The notes beneath the pieces are model-generated. The model had not been told where the DNA came from, ran no database searches, and was given only the letters and a program-made list of their open reading frames with translations. Shown here in pieces: positions 1 through 12,664 of a stretch of DNA of 64,000 nucleotides (positions are counted from its first letter, which is position 1; every line of letters begins with the position of its first letter). Origin of the DNA: Marsupella aquatica (lineage: Eukaryota; Plantae; Marchantiophyta); NCBI GenBank assembly GCA_973895155.1, contig OZ316899.1:9360287-9424286 (forward strand), written 5' to 3'. The translations under genes and the position numbers were made by a program.

Positions 1-1220
1 CTCCACCTCAAACTCCTCATCGTTGTTGCATGGATTGAATGTAGGGGTCACCTCGGGCAAACAGACTATTTATGGCTGCAATCGAGACAAGTGATGAACA
101 CAATTTGGGGCCCAAACTCAAACACTTTATTTTTTGAAAGCTTCATGATCAATACAATGGGTGCCCTCAAGCCGGTCACTCGTGAAAGCCTGATGTCTAG
201 CCTTGCAGCGGGCCACTATCTATCTTCCATCCAATTATTATCCTCTCGAAAAGGTATCAAGTCCAAAATCCACAAAAATCCAATTCCTCAAGTGCTCAAG
301 CTCAGAACTTTGATCCTACTCAAAATCTATCAGGTCACATTGCCAACGATCCAAAACTCAAGCTTGCTGGCTCACGGTTGGTAGCACCTCAATTCCCAAT
401 CCAAATCTCCACAAAATGATCGACTCCCTTGGACTGAGCCGAATCCCAAGCCTTAAGTATGCCTCAGAAATAGCATCCCCGCCCAACGTGCCACCGCCAG
501 GCAGGTTCAAAACTCAAGATTCAGCCTTATCCCTAAACACTAAACCCATTTCCTTGGGTGTCTCCAACACCATCAAAACCGGATTATCCTTGTGGGCCCA
601 TTGGATGATGCAATAAGGCCCCGCATATCTGGGAGCCAACTTCCTACTTTTGTTCTTGTGGTATTGTTCAAGTCTCAACTATAACCCGGCGCTCTTGATG
701 CCTATCCCCTTGCTCCTTGTACCAACTTTGGGCAAGGGTAATACCCTTGGTAGCTGCTTCCACAACTAGGCATTGCTCTCGAATAAATTGTCTATAGAAG
801 GAACCCTGCTTTCCGTCCGCCAAGCTTCCAGATTTATGAACCAAGAGGGCGCCCTTGACGTCCTCCTAGTGGCCAACACAAATGATGCAAACCCCATCGT
901 CGAATGCTTGGTCGAGTTATACCTAAACTTGGCCATTGTTAAGTGCTTTGCTCAATCCTTTTGATTGGCCGTCACAAAATGATGCAAATAGTCTTCCACA
1001 ATACCATTCACCCGTTCCATTTGGCCATCCGTCTCACGATGATACGCTGATCCCTCAGTAAGGTCTGTGCCAGATAACCGGAATAACACCTTCCAAAAGT
1101 GGCCCATAAACTTAGTATCACGATTGGATAGGATATGCAATGGCAATCCCATTGTTGGAAGACATTGTCAAATACTAGACCGGCAACCTCACGGGCCAAA
1201 ACTATCTTTGTAGTCGGCAA
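1..1220 (-). pseudogene. Ty3/gypsy (chromovirus-type) integrase, C-terminal half with GPY/F motif and possible chromodomain remnant; decayed
   Basis: Minus-strand translations GLPLHILSNRDTKF, SAYHRETDGQMERVN and KSRKLAPRYAGPY (~610-650). It joins 5527-5761 in frame (..MCFL|PTTK..) once the 1221-5526 insertion is removed. Confidence 0.85.
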
Positions 1221-2289
1221 TGTAGTATGACACTAGGGATATAAATAAACATTTAAGATCCAAAACTCGATATTCATTCCCATGGAAGAACATGTAAGGA
1301 ATGATTTTCTATGATTTAGCACTTTTGAATGAATAAGATAACAAAAACACAAGGTTGAGCCTTTTACTATGGTTGCTCAGCAAGGCATAGTTTTGAATGT
1401 TTGCTTAACATTGTAAATAAAATAACAAAATGGAAATAATTAACAAAACACAATGAAAATCTTGAGGTATGGTGAGGGAGTTAGGAAACAACCAAGGTGA
1501 CTCCTCAACATAACTTCATTTGATATGATTTAGGTGGTATATCCGTAAGAAACATTTTTGGAAAGGATTACGGTACTAGGATGATCACTAAAATGCCGTC
1601 AACATGTCTCAACTTTTCCTTCCAAGGTACTAAGTGGAGACTAGTAATCAATCACTTCTGTATCCAATCGGTACTTTGTGTCACGAATAAGAGACACTAT
1701 CATCATCAAATTTGAAGTCATAAGTTATTGGAAATTCATTCAGACTTGAAAGGGGAAGAATTCCTTTGTATTAAGTACTCATATGCAATGGAGTGCTTGT
1801 TACAAATGGAGGTAACAAAGTTACAATCTTACAACTAAGGGCTCATGAAATTTCTTCACACAAGAAATGACATGAGAACTACTACTTATATGCTAGCAGG
1901 AACCAAAGGAAAAAGAGATAATGAAAGGACATGTCCTTTCTTATCTCAAGGATCATGGGTAAAAGTAAAGTAACAAAATTGTACTACAGAAGTGCTTATG
2001 GTTCACATGAATACTTTTGGAATGTAAAACTAACTAAAAAATATTTCAAATGTTAACTACTGTAAAAGTGGAATTGTGGCAAAACTAATAAATAGGGGTT
2101 ATGTCCTAATTTTAGTTTCTAAATTAAAAGTCATAAAAATGTGAGACTTTATTGAAGTGGTCTCTGATGTATATTCTTCATGTTAGCAAAATATGAGACT
2201 TTTTTGAGGTGCCTAAGTGTCTCAATAAAATAAGTGAAAGTGTTAAAAAGATTACAGAAAATGAAAACCGGAAAGTTTTCTCAGTGCTA

Positions 2290-2350
2290 GGCGCATTCGC
2301 GCATAAGCGCATAGGCACATAAGCGCATTAGCGCTTCATGTCTAAGCGGA
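2290..2350. repeat. GCGCATAAG-type motif cluster (also 5087-5150 and 5280-5330)
   Basis: gcgcataagcgcataggcacataagcgcattagcgc and variants on both sides of the ORF. Confidence 0.8.
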
Positions 2351-2519
2351 AAACAGTAAAACTAAAATATTCTTAACTTTCAAATCACATGTTGGTTTGA
2401 GTTGAGATTTTCAGGGTAGGTTTTACTAAGTAAGGACTATCTATTGGAAAAGTATGAGACTTTTCTAACTACTTAAGCTATTTAACTAAAATTGCAGAGA
2501 TCGGCTGGTCTTTACTATT

Positions 2520-5014
2520 GTCATAGGAGAACTAATCTTGTTGGAGTAGTGTTGTCTGATCTGGTTACTGAACTCTTGTGAAAGTATTTGTTTGCATAGC
2601 TTCTCGAATTACATCCATGTCTTGAGCGTGATGTCGATAAAAAGGTAAAGACTTTCACTGTCGTTCAAGATCCAGAACAGGAAGTAGCCTCCAATGTAAC
2701 ATGGTATTTACCTTGCTAGCTTGCATGTAAATACCAATGAAGTCGGAAGTGCAGCAAGTAGCATGGTAGTTTTGAGCAAACTTGGCCATGAATATCTTAG
2801 AGTCTCTGGCAAGTGGTAGAAGTAAAGTGACTCTAGGTAGGAGTTCACGCCACTTCAGAGTATACTCTGTTAATCATTGAGAAGTAATATTATCCCAGAT
2901 CCTCTCCTTCTCAGTGATTGGAGTAACAAATTGTTGGAGGACAATAGGTTGTACTGGAGAAGCTTCGTGATTCATCTGGAATCTCCTCTTGGATTGTCTT
3001 AAGAAGACAACGATGAACTCCAGGACATAAGCAGGTAGATTCCCAAAATGAGCTAGAGCCAGATCTCCATTCTCCAATACAATGTGTCCAACGAGGATCA
3101 TGACAGCAAGAACAGGGCAAAAATACTCAGCTTCCGTCTAGATCTCATCTATTTCTGCTATCTCCAAGCGAGTGACCTCTAACAAATGAAGTTTCAAGAT
3201 ATAAAGGCATTCAACTCTCTTCTTATGGTAATATTTCCAGAACTCTAAAATAGGAGGAGATCTAAGGTCTGAGACTCTAACAAACTCAACAAACTGTTTA
3301 ATATTTTCCTGAGGGGTTTTTGGATCAATATGCAGGGTAGGGATAAAATTGACTTGGCATGCTTTGTCTTGACTGGGTGGAAGAGTGTCAGGGAAAGAAA
3401 TGGCAAGATGTTCACCTGCAGGAGTGATCTCAGGTTCTGGAAAACTAGGAAAAAGTTGGTTTGGTTGATTTGAAGGACTATAAGGAGAGGTAGGTGAATG
3501 GCTAGAAGGAGGGCTAGAATAATAAATGGGAGAATCTGATGTTGAGGTATGATAGCGAACTGCAGAATAGACTTGCTAGGTGTTGCAACCGAACATCTGA
3601 GTGAACCTGTGGACGAGATCTTCACAGTATTCCAAGTGCTGGTCATGGCTTGAAATATGTGACAATCTATACATAACCTCATCTAATACCTCGATCAAAT
3701 GATCAGGATCACACTCCAACATCTTGCATATCTCATCTACAAGATTAAAGTAATACTCAGCTGAATGTCAGGGTGAAGTGTCCACAATTTGTTGAAGATC
3801 TGTCCCAGTGGTGGTAATCTCTCATCTATTGGGGATCCCATAATAGTGTCGGGATTCCAGATGTCTGTCAGAGAAAGGTGATCTGTAGTCCCAAGGGCTT
3901 CTGGTTGTCCTTTAGTGGATGGATAATTTGGTTGGATAGGACTCTGTGTTGGTGAATAAATGGAAGTGGGACTGTATGGAGTGATACAGTTATAAGCTAG
4001 TGATGGTTGAGTAATAGAAGCAGTCCTTAATCTATCTACAATAGTGAGGATTTCTTATGGATCACAAGTCAACATTCTAGACAAACTATCTACTATATCC
4101 TGGTTAAAAACAGTCTTCCCATCATCAATCAATTTCTTTGGATGATTATGTTCACTGGCAGGAATAACAGGAAGAGGAGTGTGGTCGGTCGGACTACTAT
4201 TGGTATGGTAAAGTGTAATCTCAATATTAGGATTAATATCCCCATCCATAAGTTCTGGGGCAGGTGACATAATTTCCTGGTGACCAGTTTCTGATGTTTT
4301 CTCCATTCTCAGATCATCGGGTCTTGAATCAGTCTCTGAGTGTTCCACATCTAATTCCTCCAATAGTGCAATCATTTTGACCTTTTCCTGTGGGAGTAAA
4401 CAATCCCCATACCAGTAGAGCTGACTGAGGTAAACTAGGAGGTGTGTAGGCCTTCCATTCTGTACAACATTGATTTGATTGAGGATGGTGTGTCTTAGTA
4501 ACAATCCCCAATTAACTTCAGCAAGTCCTTTCCATGAAGTAACAAACATTTTCGCCAAGGATATAGGTACCATATATGGTCGAGTGGGATGAAAAATTGG
4601 TACCAGAAACTCAAGGATGATCTTGAAGGTATAATCAATACATTGATTAAGCTTCCATCCCGCTTTTGAATTTCTCATTCCAGCAAACATCGGATCGGAC
4701 AGAGTACTCTTTCCAGATTGTAAACCACAGCCTTTTGAGGGACAACTAAAAGCGTCAGCAATGAACTCTAAGTCCCACTTCTCGGGATCTGCCCTTACAG
4801 TATCCTGAAATTCTTCGGGTATCTGTGATCCATCCGCAAACTCGCGCAAATAGGTTGGGCATATAGAAGCCCACAGAATAGATAGAAGTTTTCCCAGGTG
4901 TATAACTTCTAGAGCATCAGTCAATAACATCAAATCCCTCTTGAGTGCAGGGTACTTCACAGGTACAGCTCTAGGAATGGGGAAGTCGCAACTCATCTCA
5001 TCCACGCCCGCCAT
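2520..5014 (-). pseudogene. LTR-internal ORF: N-terminal plant-mobile-domain-like region plus conserved unknown C-terminal domain; stops and at least one frameshift (3' end approximate)
   Basis: ORF 4055-5014 (IADAFSCPSKG..KAGWKL..VNWGLL) and 2560-3360 (EFWKYYHKK..YFCPVLAVMIL..LAHFGNLPAY..KERIWDN) align by eye with 16581-19001. Confidence 0.75.
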
Positions 5015-5526
5015 GGCAAGTTGTAGCTATGGTTCTTAAAGTTTGTTTCACTATCGCCACATAAATCTAAGTTGCAAAACATCAGGGCGTATTGGCGTGA
5101 TCGCGTATAAGCATATAAGCGCCATAGCGCATAAGCGTCTCTACGTATGAGTGTATGGTCATCGAGACGTTTGGTATCAAAACAGGGAAGTGGAAGTGTT
5201 TGTCGCGAGCAGGTGGTCTAGTAAGTCGCTCTCTCCCTCCTCGTTGTCAACGGCTACTTTCAGTTACCGGTAGGGTGGGCTGCATATAAGCGTCTGAGCA
5301 CATAAGCGTCTATGCGTCTGAGCGCATTAGTTGCTATTGTGACTCCCAATTTGACATGGCTTTAAAAGTAACTAATTTTAGTAGACTATAGGGATGTACT
5401 TGAGGATGGCTTAGCTACTCTAATGCTCCTAGTTAATATAAATAACCTGAGTTGAATCACTACTTATCTTGAAAAGTTAAAAAATTTCAAGTTTTCTCAG
5501 TAATCCTGAATAACTGCTATCTTACA

Positions 5527-5761
5527 GGCAAGAAACACATTATCTTGGAAAAACAATCCATGATTGTTAAGATGGAGTTACTGCCGTGGGACTCAGGTAA
5601 CCCAATAATGAAATCCATGGAGATGGACTCCCATGGAGCTGCGGCTACTGTAAAGGTTGCAAAAGTCCTCCTTTTGCCCTATAGACCATTCGGTTCTTTT
5701 GATACAAGTAACAACTTTGCACGTGGCAAAGGACCAATTGCTTCATGTCCGGCCAATACAT
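5527..5761 (-). pseudogene. N-terminal part of the same Ty3/gypsy integrase
   Basis: YWPDMKQ..CYLYQKN..GLLQPL..WESISMDFIIGLPES..DCFSK on the minus strand; cut at 5762 by the next element. Confidence 0.85.
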
Positions 5762-6630
5762 TGTGACACGGGTAACATGTCACTTAACAAAACACAAGTC
5801 CTAGGTTAGGACTTATACGGTCATTAGGACCGTAGCCGTAGCGTAGAGTAGTACGAATAGCCGTCTTTGCCATTATGAATAGATTAGGAGTAGGTTAGTT
5901 ACAAATTAAGGGAAGGAAATTATTATGATCGACCGAGGTACGGTGGTGGCGGCGGAGTAAAAATCCGTTAGGAGATCACGCTTGGACCGAGACACCCAAC
6001 TTCGAGCCATTATCAATGACTAAACGGCCTCGCCTTCTCACACTCAAGCTCACCCTGAGTCGCGGGACTCAACTACCTTAACACCTAGCTCCGGCATCGC
6101 TGACTCCAACGCCGAGCTCCCTTATGGTCCAGGCCCGGATAGGCCATTCGGGGAGGACTTAGCATGGGGAGACTTGTGGGCAATGAGACGTGGCACTGGC
6201 GAGGCAAGGGGCCAATTTGAGGACACAAACTAAGGACTTGGACTAGCCTATGGCTGGTTGGGTCAAGGGGAAATGGGCCGGACTCAAGGATGGCCGTCCG
6301 AACCGTCGAATGGGCTTTGAGTTCTGAGGGCTTGGGAGTGAGCTCCTCTTGGGAGTTGACGCCATTGGTAACAAACGCTTGGGGCGCAAGTTGTGGCCCG
6401 ATCCGGGTTGGGCAGGTCGGGGGCCCCAAGCGGCGATCAGACCTGAAGGCCTATGCATGAGCACTGGGTCGGCCTGGTCACAACGGGCTAAGGCACTCCG
6501 CTTGTGGATGCCTATCAAGAAAGTTATGGGCGTTGCTAGTTGGTGGCGCGCCAATTATGCGCGATGGGATCCGGGTTGGGGGCCAAATGTTTAGGGACCA
6601 AAGCTGGTCCGTGGGTGGCTAGGTCCACCA
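5762..6630 (+). repeat. 5' LTR (~870 bp) of a chromovirus-type Ty3/gypsy element
   Basis: Starts TGTGACAC where integrase homology stops; ends ..CCACCA four bases before a PBS. Confidence 0.75.
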
Positions 6631-6634
6631 CTTG

Positions 6635-6646
6635 TGGTATCAGAGC
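6635..6646 (+). other. Primer binding site, tRNA-iMet
   Basis: TGGTATCAGAGC, the canonical plant iMet PBS. Confidence 0.92.
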
Positions 6647-6778
6647 GATTGCCAGCATAGACACCGGGACGGGGTCGTGCTAAGTCGGAATCCAAAAATC
6701 TTAACGGATTTTTGCGGGGACTTAGTGCTTCAACGTACTTGGCGGGTCGACTGAGCGGCAGATTTGGTCGCTGGGAAC

Positions 6779-9700
6779 ATGGCAAAAAATACTCGTGCAA
6801 AGAGTGGCAAGCAGGCTCCCCCCACCAAGGGGAGAGCCCAAGTTCACGATGAACAGAAGGAGGACGGGTTGACTTCCCTAGACGAACGTTACAAGCAAGA
6901 TGAAGAAGACGCAACAGACGAACCATCGACCGCTGCGACAAACAAGTCAAGTGCAGAGCGCCGTCAACGTAAAGGGAAGGAGGCGGCTGATCCTTCAGAG
7001 GATGGGTCGGATGACGACGACTCCGACGCAACCGCAAGCGACGACAACACTGAAGTTGAGACAGAGGAAGAGGGTCAGGACCCGGAAGAGGAACTGATCC
7101 CAGCCTTGAGAGGGTTGGATGCAGAACCAGAGGATGATGCCAAGCCGGACATCATCATGGATAATTTGACCAAGCAGAACCAGGATGACGCGGGTGATAC
7201 CTCAGTCCTGGGAGGTCATGGTGCTCGCAAGACGCGGGGGGTGTCACCAAAATCCACAAGAGAACCTAAGGACAGGCGGCCCGCAAAGGAAAGACGGTTG
7301 GAGGACCGTCCTCATACAACCCGTAAGGCCATTGACGACGGTCTGGGTCCGTTGACTCAAGACCAACGACTCATCTATGAGCAGTTGGAACACAACAAGG
7401 GGGCCCAGATTAAGTACTTACTTAGTCTGGGTAGTCAGAGTGCGTCGTGTCCCGAGGGGGGAATGGTAATTGGACGTAGTATGTTCCAAGTGAACCAGCT
7501 ACCGACTCCTCCAACTTACGACGGGGCCTACAAAAAAAGTGGACAAAAGTTCCTGAGTTGGCTCTCCACGATGGAGATTCATCTCCAAGCGTGCGTTGAG
7601 CGTTCCACTTGGGCTACCGCAGCCGCTCCTTACCTGAAGGACTATGCCTTGACTTGGTACAAGTCATGGAAGAAGTCGCGATAGGACTCCTCCTTGCCAT
7701 TAACTTGGGAAAACCTGGTTGAGGGTCTCCGTGCTCATGTCACCACTAAGTACCCGGAGCGGCACGCTCAAAAATCCGTAACAGAGATGAGTTTCAGGGG
7801 TGATATCCAAAAGTTCATCACTTATTACCAGAATCAGTTGACGTGTATCCCGGCGGGACAAGAGACCCTACATACACAACTTCACAACTTTATCGTGAAG
7901 CTCCCGCCGTTGCTCAAGGAAAAGTTGCAGAAAAAGCATCATGAGTTCAAAACACTTTTTGACGCCTTCGACAAGGCCACTACGTTGGTGAATAACCGAC
8001 CGGACTTGGCAAAGGTGGGTGGCAAGCAATCCAAGGGGGAAGCTGGGAATAAGGTCCCGGGAATAAGCATAAGCAACCTCAGGGGGCGGGGGCCGGTGGT
8101 TCGGATCCCCAGCCCTAGAATGGGGAAGCTACGCAAAACCGGAAGGCCGACAACTTTTAAGAAAGGAGCCTCATCGGCACAAAAAGCAAAGAAGCAGGCA
8201 ACCATGGAGCAGAGGCGGGCTGAAGGTTCATGCTTCACATGTGGTGCCATGGGCCATCAAACTAAGGATTGTTCCACAAAAGGTGGCAAAGCAAACGGAG
8301 ATGGTGGAGGGCAGAAGAGCATTAAGGTAAGTATTGCTCTAACCAAACCCTTAGTAGCTGACAAGGTCCCTATAGGGGATGTCCCCGACGGAGAGAGGGT
8401 GTTGTTGCGAGAGAAGATACCTAAAGTTAAGACAATGGATCCTGAAAAACTGATTTTTGTGAACGTCACTTCTAACGGTAATCTGGGTGTTGCTTTGGTC
8501 GATACAGGCGCGACCGCCTGCTTCATAAGTGGGCAGACGGCAACTCGTCTTGGGGTGGACGTGCAAGAGTTGTTACAACCGTTAGTGTGCAAGTTTGCCA
8601 ACGACACAAAGGGGATAGTGTCGAGAGTAGTGCATAGACTTTGGGTAGAGGTCATAGGCGAACAACAAAATTTTGTTAGTCAGGAGATGTTCTACATTCT
8701 AGACGGTCTAGCCATAGACTTCATTTTGTCGGTAGGTTATCTCAGAAAGCACAATGTTACCTTGAACCGAGGGGTGAGGTGCTCCATTTTCCCAATAAGG
8801 GCGGTGAGCCCATCGTTGTACACGAAATTACCGAAAATAAAGAAAGATTTCTTAAAGTAAGTAAAGTGTCGTGGATGTCTCCGTGTGTATCGGCGAAGCA
8901 ATGGTGGAAAGACTTCAAAGGTGGACATGAATGTTTCTTCTTTCATCTCCACCCAACTAAGGAGGCTGTGTTGCAGCCAAAGGTCAAGTCAGCTAAGGTC
9001 GGGCCCGACTGCGGTCGAATTCCCAAAATTTTAGAGGAATTCAACGACGTGCTCTTGCAGAAGCTACCTAAAGGTTTACCCCCGCGGAGAGAAGTGGATC
9101 ACCAAGTTGAGTTGGAGCCGGGATCGGCTCCTCAGGCTAAAGCTCCTTATCGTCTGAACTTGAACGAGAAAATGATGTTGAAGAACGCCTTGGAAGAGTT
9201 GATCGATCAAGGGTTCATTCGCCCTAGTAAGAGTCCTTACAGGGCGCCCACGCTGTTTGTGTCCAAAAAGGATGGTACTTTGAGATTGTGCGCAGATTAC
9301 CGGGCTCTCAATAAGCAGACGGTAAAGAACAAGTACCCGTTACCTCATATGGATGACCTCTTTGATTGCCTCTCTGGGGCGAAGAAGTTTTCAAAGGTGG
9401 ACTTGCGGTCTGGGTATTACCAAATCCGCATGGCTAAGGGAGACGAGTGTAAGACCGCAATGCGCACAAGGTTCGGATCCTATGAGTTTTTGGTTATGCC
9501 GTTTGGGTTGTGTAATGCAACCACAACGTTCATGAAGATGATGAATACCATCTTTCATGACTTGTTGGACCAAGGAGTGGTCGTCTTTATTGACGACATC
9601 CTAATCTACTTGAAAACGTTGGAGGAGCATGAGCAGTTGCTCAAAGAAGTGTTCTCTCACCTTCGTAAGGCTCGTCTCTTTGCTAAACCTAGCAAGTGCA

Positions 9701-10442
9701 AGTTTGCGATGAACGAGATTCAGTTCCTCGGCCATACCTTTACCCTAGAAGGGATTACGCCTAGTCAGGACAAGCTTAAGGAGATCAAAGAATGGGAGCG
9801 CCCGTCCAATGTAAGGCAAGTTAGAGCCTTCTTAGGATTTACGGGGTTCTATCGGAGATACATGAAAGACAATGCAAGGATTGCGAGGATTGCGAGGCCC
9901 CTCAATGCGCTAACGTTGAAAAACAAAGTGTTTGTGTGGACATAGGATTGCGAGTTAGCATTCCTAGAACTTAAGCGGTTAATGATAACGCCGCCGGTTC
10001 TAAAGTTACCTGAGATGGGGAAGCCGTTCAAGATTTGGACAGACGCAAGCGATTATGTCATCGGCGCCTGTCTTCACCAAGATGGGCGTCCTGTGGCCTT
10101 CGAGTCATGTAAGTTGGAAAATCACTGGATCACGCCGGAAAGGGAAATGTATGTTGTGATCTACGCGTTGAAGAAGTGGAGATTTACCTTAAGAACGGTC
10201 CCAAAGTGGTAATCCACACAAACAGCTCGCTGCCAAGGCTGAACCCCAAGGAAATGCGCTGGCAATTGTTCTTGGCGGATTTTGATTTTGAAGTCCGCCA
10301 CGTTCCAGGGAAGAAAATTACGGCAGCGGACGCGTTATCGCGTAAGGACCAACATCGTATCAATGGGATCACGATGCTCAAATCCGAGTGGCCAAAGGTT
10401 TTGGCCGCAGCGTATGGGGATGACAGGTTAGCTTGGGGTTAG
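6779..10442 (+). pseudogene. Ty3/gypsy gag-protease-RT-RNase H, disrupted, truncated before integrase
   Basis: CCHC CFTCGAMGHQTKDC, protease ALVDTGA, RT LRLCADYRALN / DLRSGYYQI / FIDDIL, RNase H TDASDYVIGACL..ADALSR. Stops at 7684 and 9945 plus frameshifts. Confidence 0.93.
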
Positions 10443-10444
10443 CT

Positions 10445-11381
10445 GAAGCAATTTAAATCCATGGCTTGACCAAGGATTTGACAACGTGAATTCTTCGACA
10501 CCGAGGCCATTGTTGTGGTGTTGGTCAAAAATCCTATAGCTTGCTCTCTCTCATTAGAAAGTAGGCTCTACTAGGTGTTATAGAGCTATATCCCACACGA
10601 GTCCAGGGCCACCTGCCCAAAATGCGTATGAAGCAGAATGACTCACAAAAGTGGGTAATGCACAACGTGGACGCCCAACTACATTCACCACTACTAATGG
10701 CGGTCGGTCAGATTGGGTAACACTTTGTGCACGACGCCCTGGATCCAAAATATCATCCACCACTAAGGTTGTTGAGCAAGTAATACCATCAAATGCTCGC
10801 TTTAACACCTCACATGGTAACAAATTAGTCCACCACAAGCGTGGACAATGTGAACGAGAACCCACATGTGCAACATCCAATAGCACAGCAGGTCCAATCC
10901 AAGATTGAACCTGATGAACACTAGCAACAATTTGATGACGATCATCACCCAATAGTGGCAGATTCTCTTAAATGTATGTAAGAGAATGTGTCTAATGCAT
11001 TTGGAGATGGTGCAACACATGTAACATCTCCCAAAATAGTGCAGAACTTGGATCATGAAATCCATGTCCAATTCCAGCCCGAGATTGACCCTGACATGGC
11101 CAACTCACAATCACCAAATCAATGGGGCCAACACGATCCAAATGATCTACCCCCAATAATGAAATATCAATCGGCAATGCATGCTGATAACCACGAACAA
11201 CATCCACGGGCAACAACTGTGGATAACATTTCACCAACATCGCTACATGACGTAGTGAGATCCTCCATGTTATCTCATCATTTTCCACATACAAGTAACG
11301 ACGCACAGGAATTCCTGCTTGAAGAACAATAGCCAATCCAGTGCTAATCCCATCAAATAAATCCAACAAACAAATACCCTC
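10445..11381 (-). pseudogene. DNMT3-like C5-cytosine DNA methyltransferase domain
   Basis: Motif I LLDLFDGISTG, IV SWPCQGQSRAG, VI ENL, VIII HCPRLWWTNL, IX EREQAIGF, X RCQILGQAMD in canonical order. Several stops and a frameshift near 10555. Confidence 0.9.
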
Positions 11382-11699
11382 CTATGGATACTGCCACGCA
11401 ATAGGAGTGGTATCCAATGGTGAAAGGGTCACCGGTCCATCTGCAAAAGATTGTTGTGCTCCTAACTCCGGTGTGAAAGCATGACGCCATGCATCATGTA
11501 TCAATTGGGCCGCATTTTGTTGCAAGGCCTCTCCAGTACCCCATACTGGTGCCACAATAGTATCAACAAGTAATACACTCATCATGTGTTCCTCACGTGG
11601 CTCCTCCATTGTCGGAACATCTGCTGCATGTGACCTTCAATCAAATCATCAAATCCAGTCATCAAACTACTGAATGCTGCCAAAGACAATGGTGCAGAT

Positions 11700-12344
11700 T
11701 TAGGACCTCCCACGTCCACTAAATTGCACTGGCAATCGGCTCAATCGAGCATCTCCAGATCGCCAATCGGGTCGATATGACACCGACTCATCCCAAAAAT
11801 CAAGAACAAATCCCATAGGATAAAGTACTGTACATCCCACTAACGCATCATATGACTCAGCCTTAGTCAAAATAGCTTGAGCCTGGATCCGTGAGTTATC
11901 TTTTGGATGATCCTCTTGAATCCTAAGTTCAAGTGCCCATCTGGTGATATGTTGTTTGGGTGTAGGTCCTCCCAATGAAGTCTGAATGGGAAAGGGACAC
12001 TCCTCCAAATCATCTTGACGCAATCCTAATCCTTGTATCGCAGACTTACCCAACATCAAGGGCTGAGCACTAGTATCCAATAACACTCGTTCTGGCTGGT
12101 ATATCGCTCCAAAAGGCCCAACTAATCGGAAGATACCACTCCGATTATCCAATGATACCACACTAGGTTTAAACCTAGTTCTCTCAAAGGCAGGGCATGC
12201 TGGTAACTCCATCAACCTCGTCGCTTTTGCTTGCCATGTTTCACCACTAGCAATAGGTGGAATCAACTCCACAACTTCATAATCATGCTGCATTGTCTCT
12301 ACATGAGAAGTAATAACTTGAGTGTCTTCACATAATGTGGGGGT
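11700..12344 (-). pseudogene. Retroviral-like aspartic protease
   Basis: RVLLDTSAQPLMLG..IQTSLGG..SYDALVG..LYPMGFVLD. Confidence 0.75.
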
Positions 12345-12664
12345 ATTTACAAACGACAGGAAACAACAAACAGTAACAGAAAATAGAAATTGGTAACAGG
12401 AAAATGAGTGGTGATTTTTTTTGAATTTTTTTTTTAATTTTTTGAGTTTTTTCTTTTTCAAAATTTTATTTTTTTGGCTAGCGCCCGACGCTGGTAATGC
12501 TAGCGCCCAAAGCTAGCCAAAAAATGTTGTAACTTAGATTTTTTTGGAAAATGAGACTTTTTAGAAAATATTTTGACATGGTTATTTTTCCTGGTAACAG
12601 TAACTTTTTGCTGGTAACAGGAAAATTTTTCCTGGTACCAGTAAACCTGTTTCTTGTTTACTGT
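12345..12664. mobile_element. Unclassified 320-bp AT-rich insertion
   Basis: Interrupts the gag-protease frame cleanly; repeated GGTAACAG motif; internal inverted repeat TTTTTTGGCTAGC..GCTAGCCAAAAAA (~12470-12523). Confidence 0.6.

Larger units (their letters stand above)
1221..5526 (-). mobile_element. 4.3-kb solo LTR carrying a long ORF (coding-LTR family B, copy 1)
   Basis: Begins TGTAG, ends CTTACA, perfect 5-bp TSD GGCAA (1216-1220, 5527-5531). It splits an integrase and has no gag/pol inside. Confidence 0.85.

Noticed and set aside
1221-5526. Ginger-like DNA transposon (TGT..ACA ends)
   Set aside because: No integrase/transposase and only a 4-bp terminal inverted match; the 5-bp TSD and the family A precedent favour a solo LTR, though this is unproven without a paired copy.
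12345-12461. Lys-rich N-terminus of track ORF 11700-12461
   Set aside because: It is translation of the AT-rich insertion, not part of the protease.
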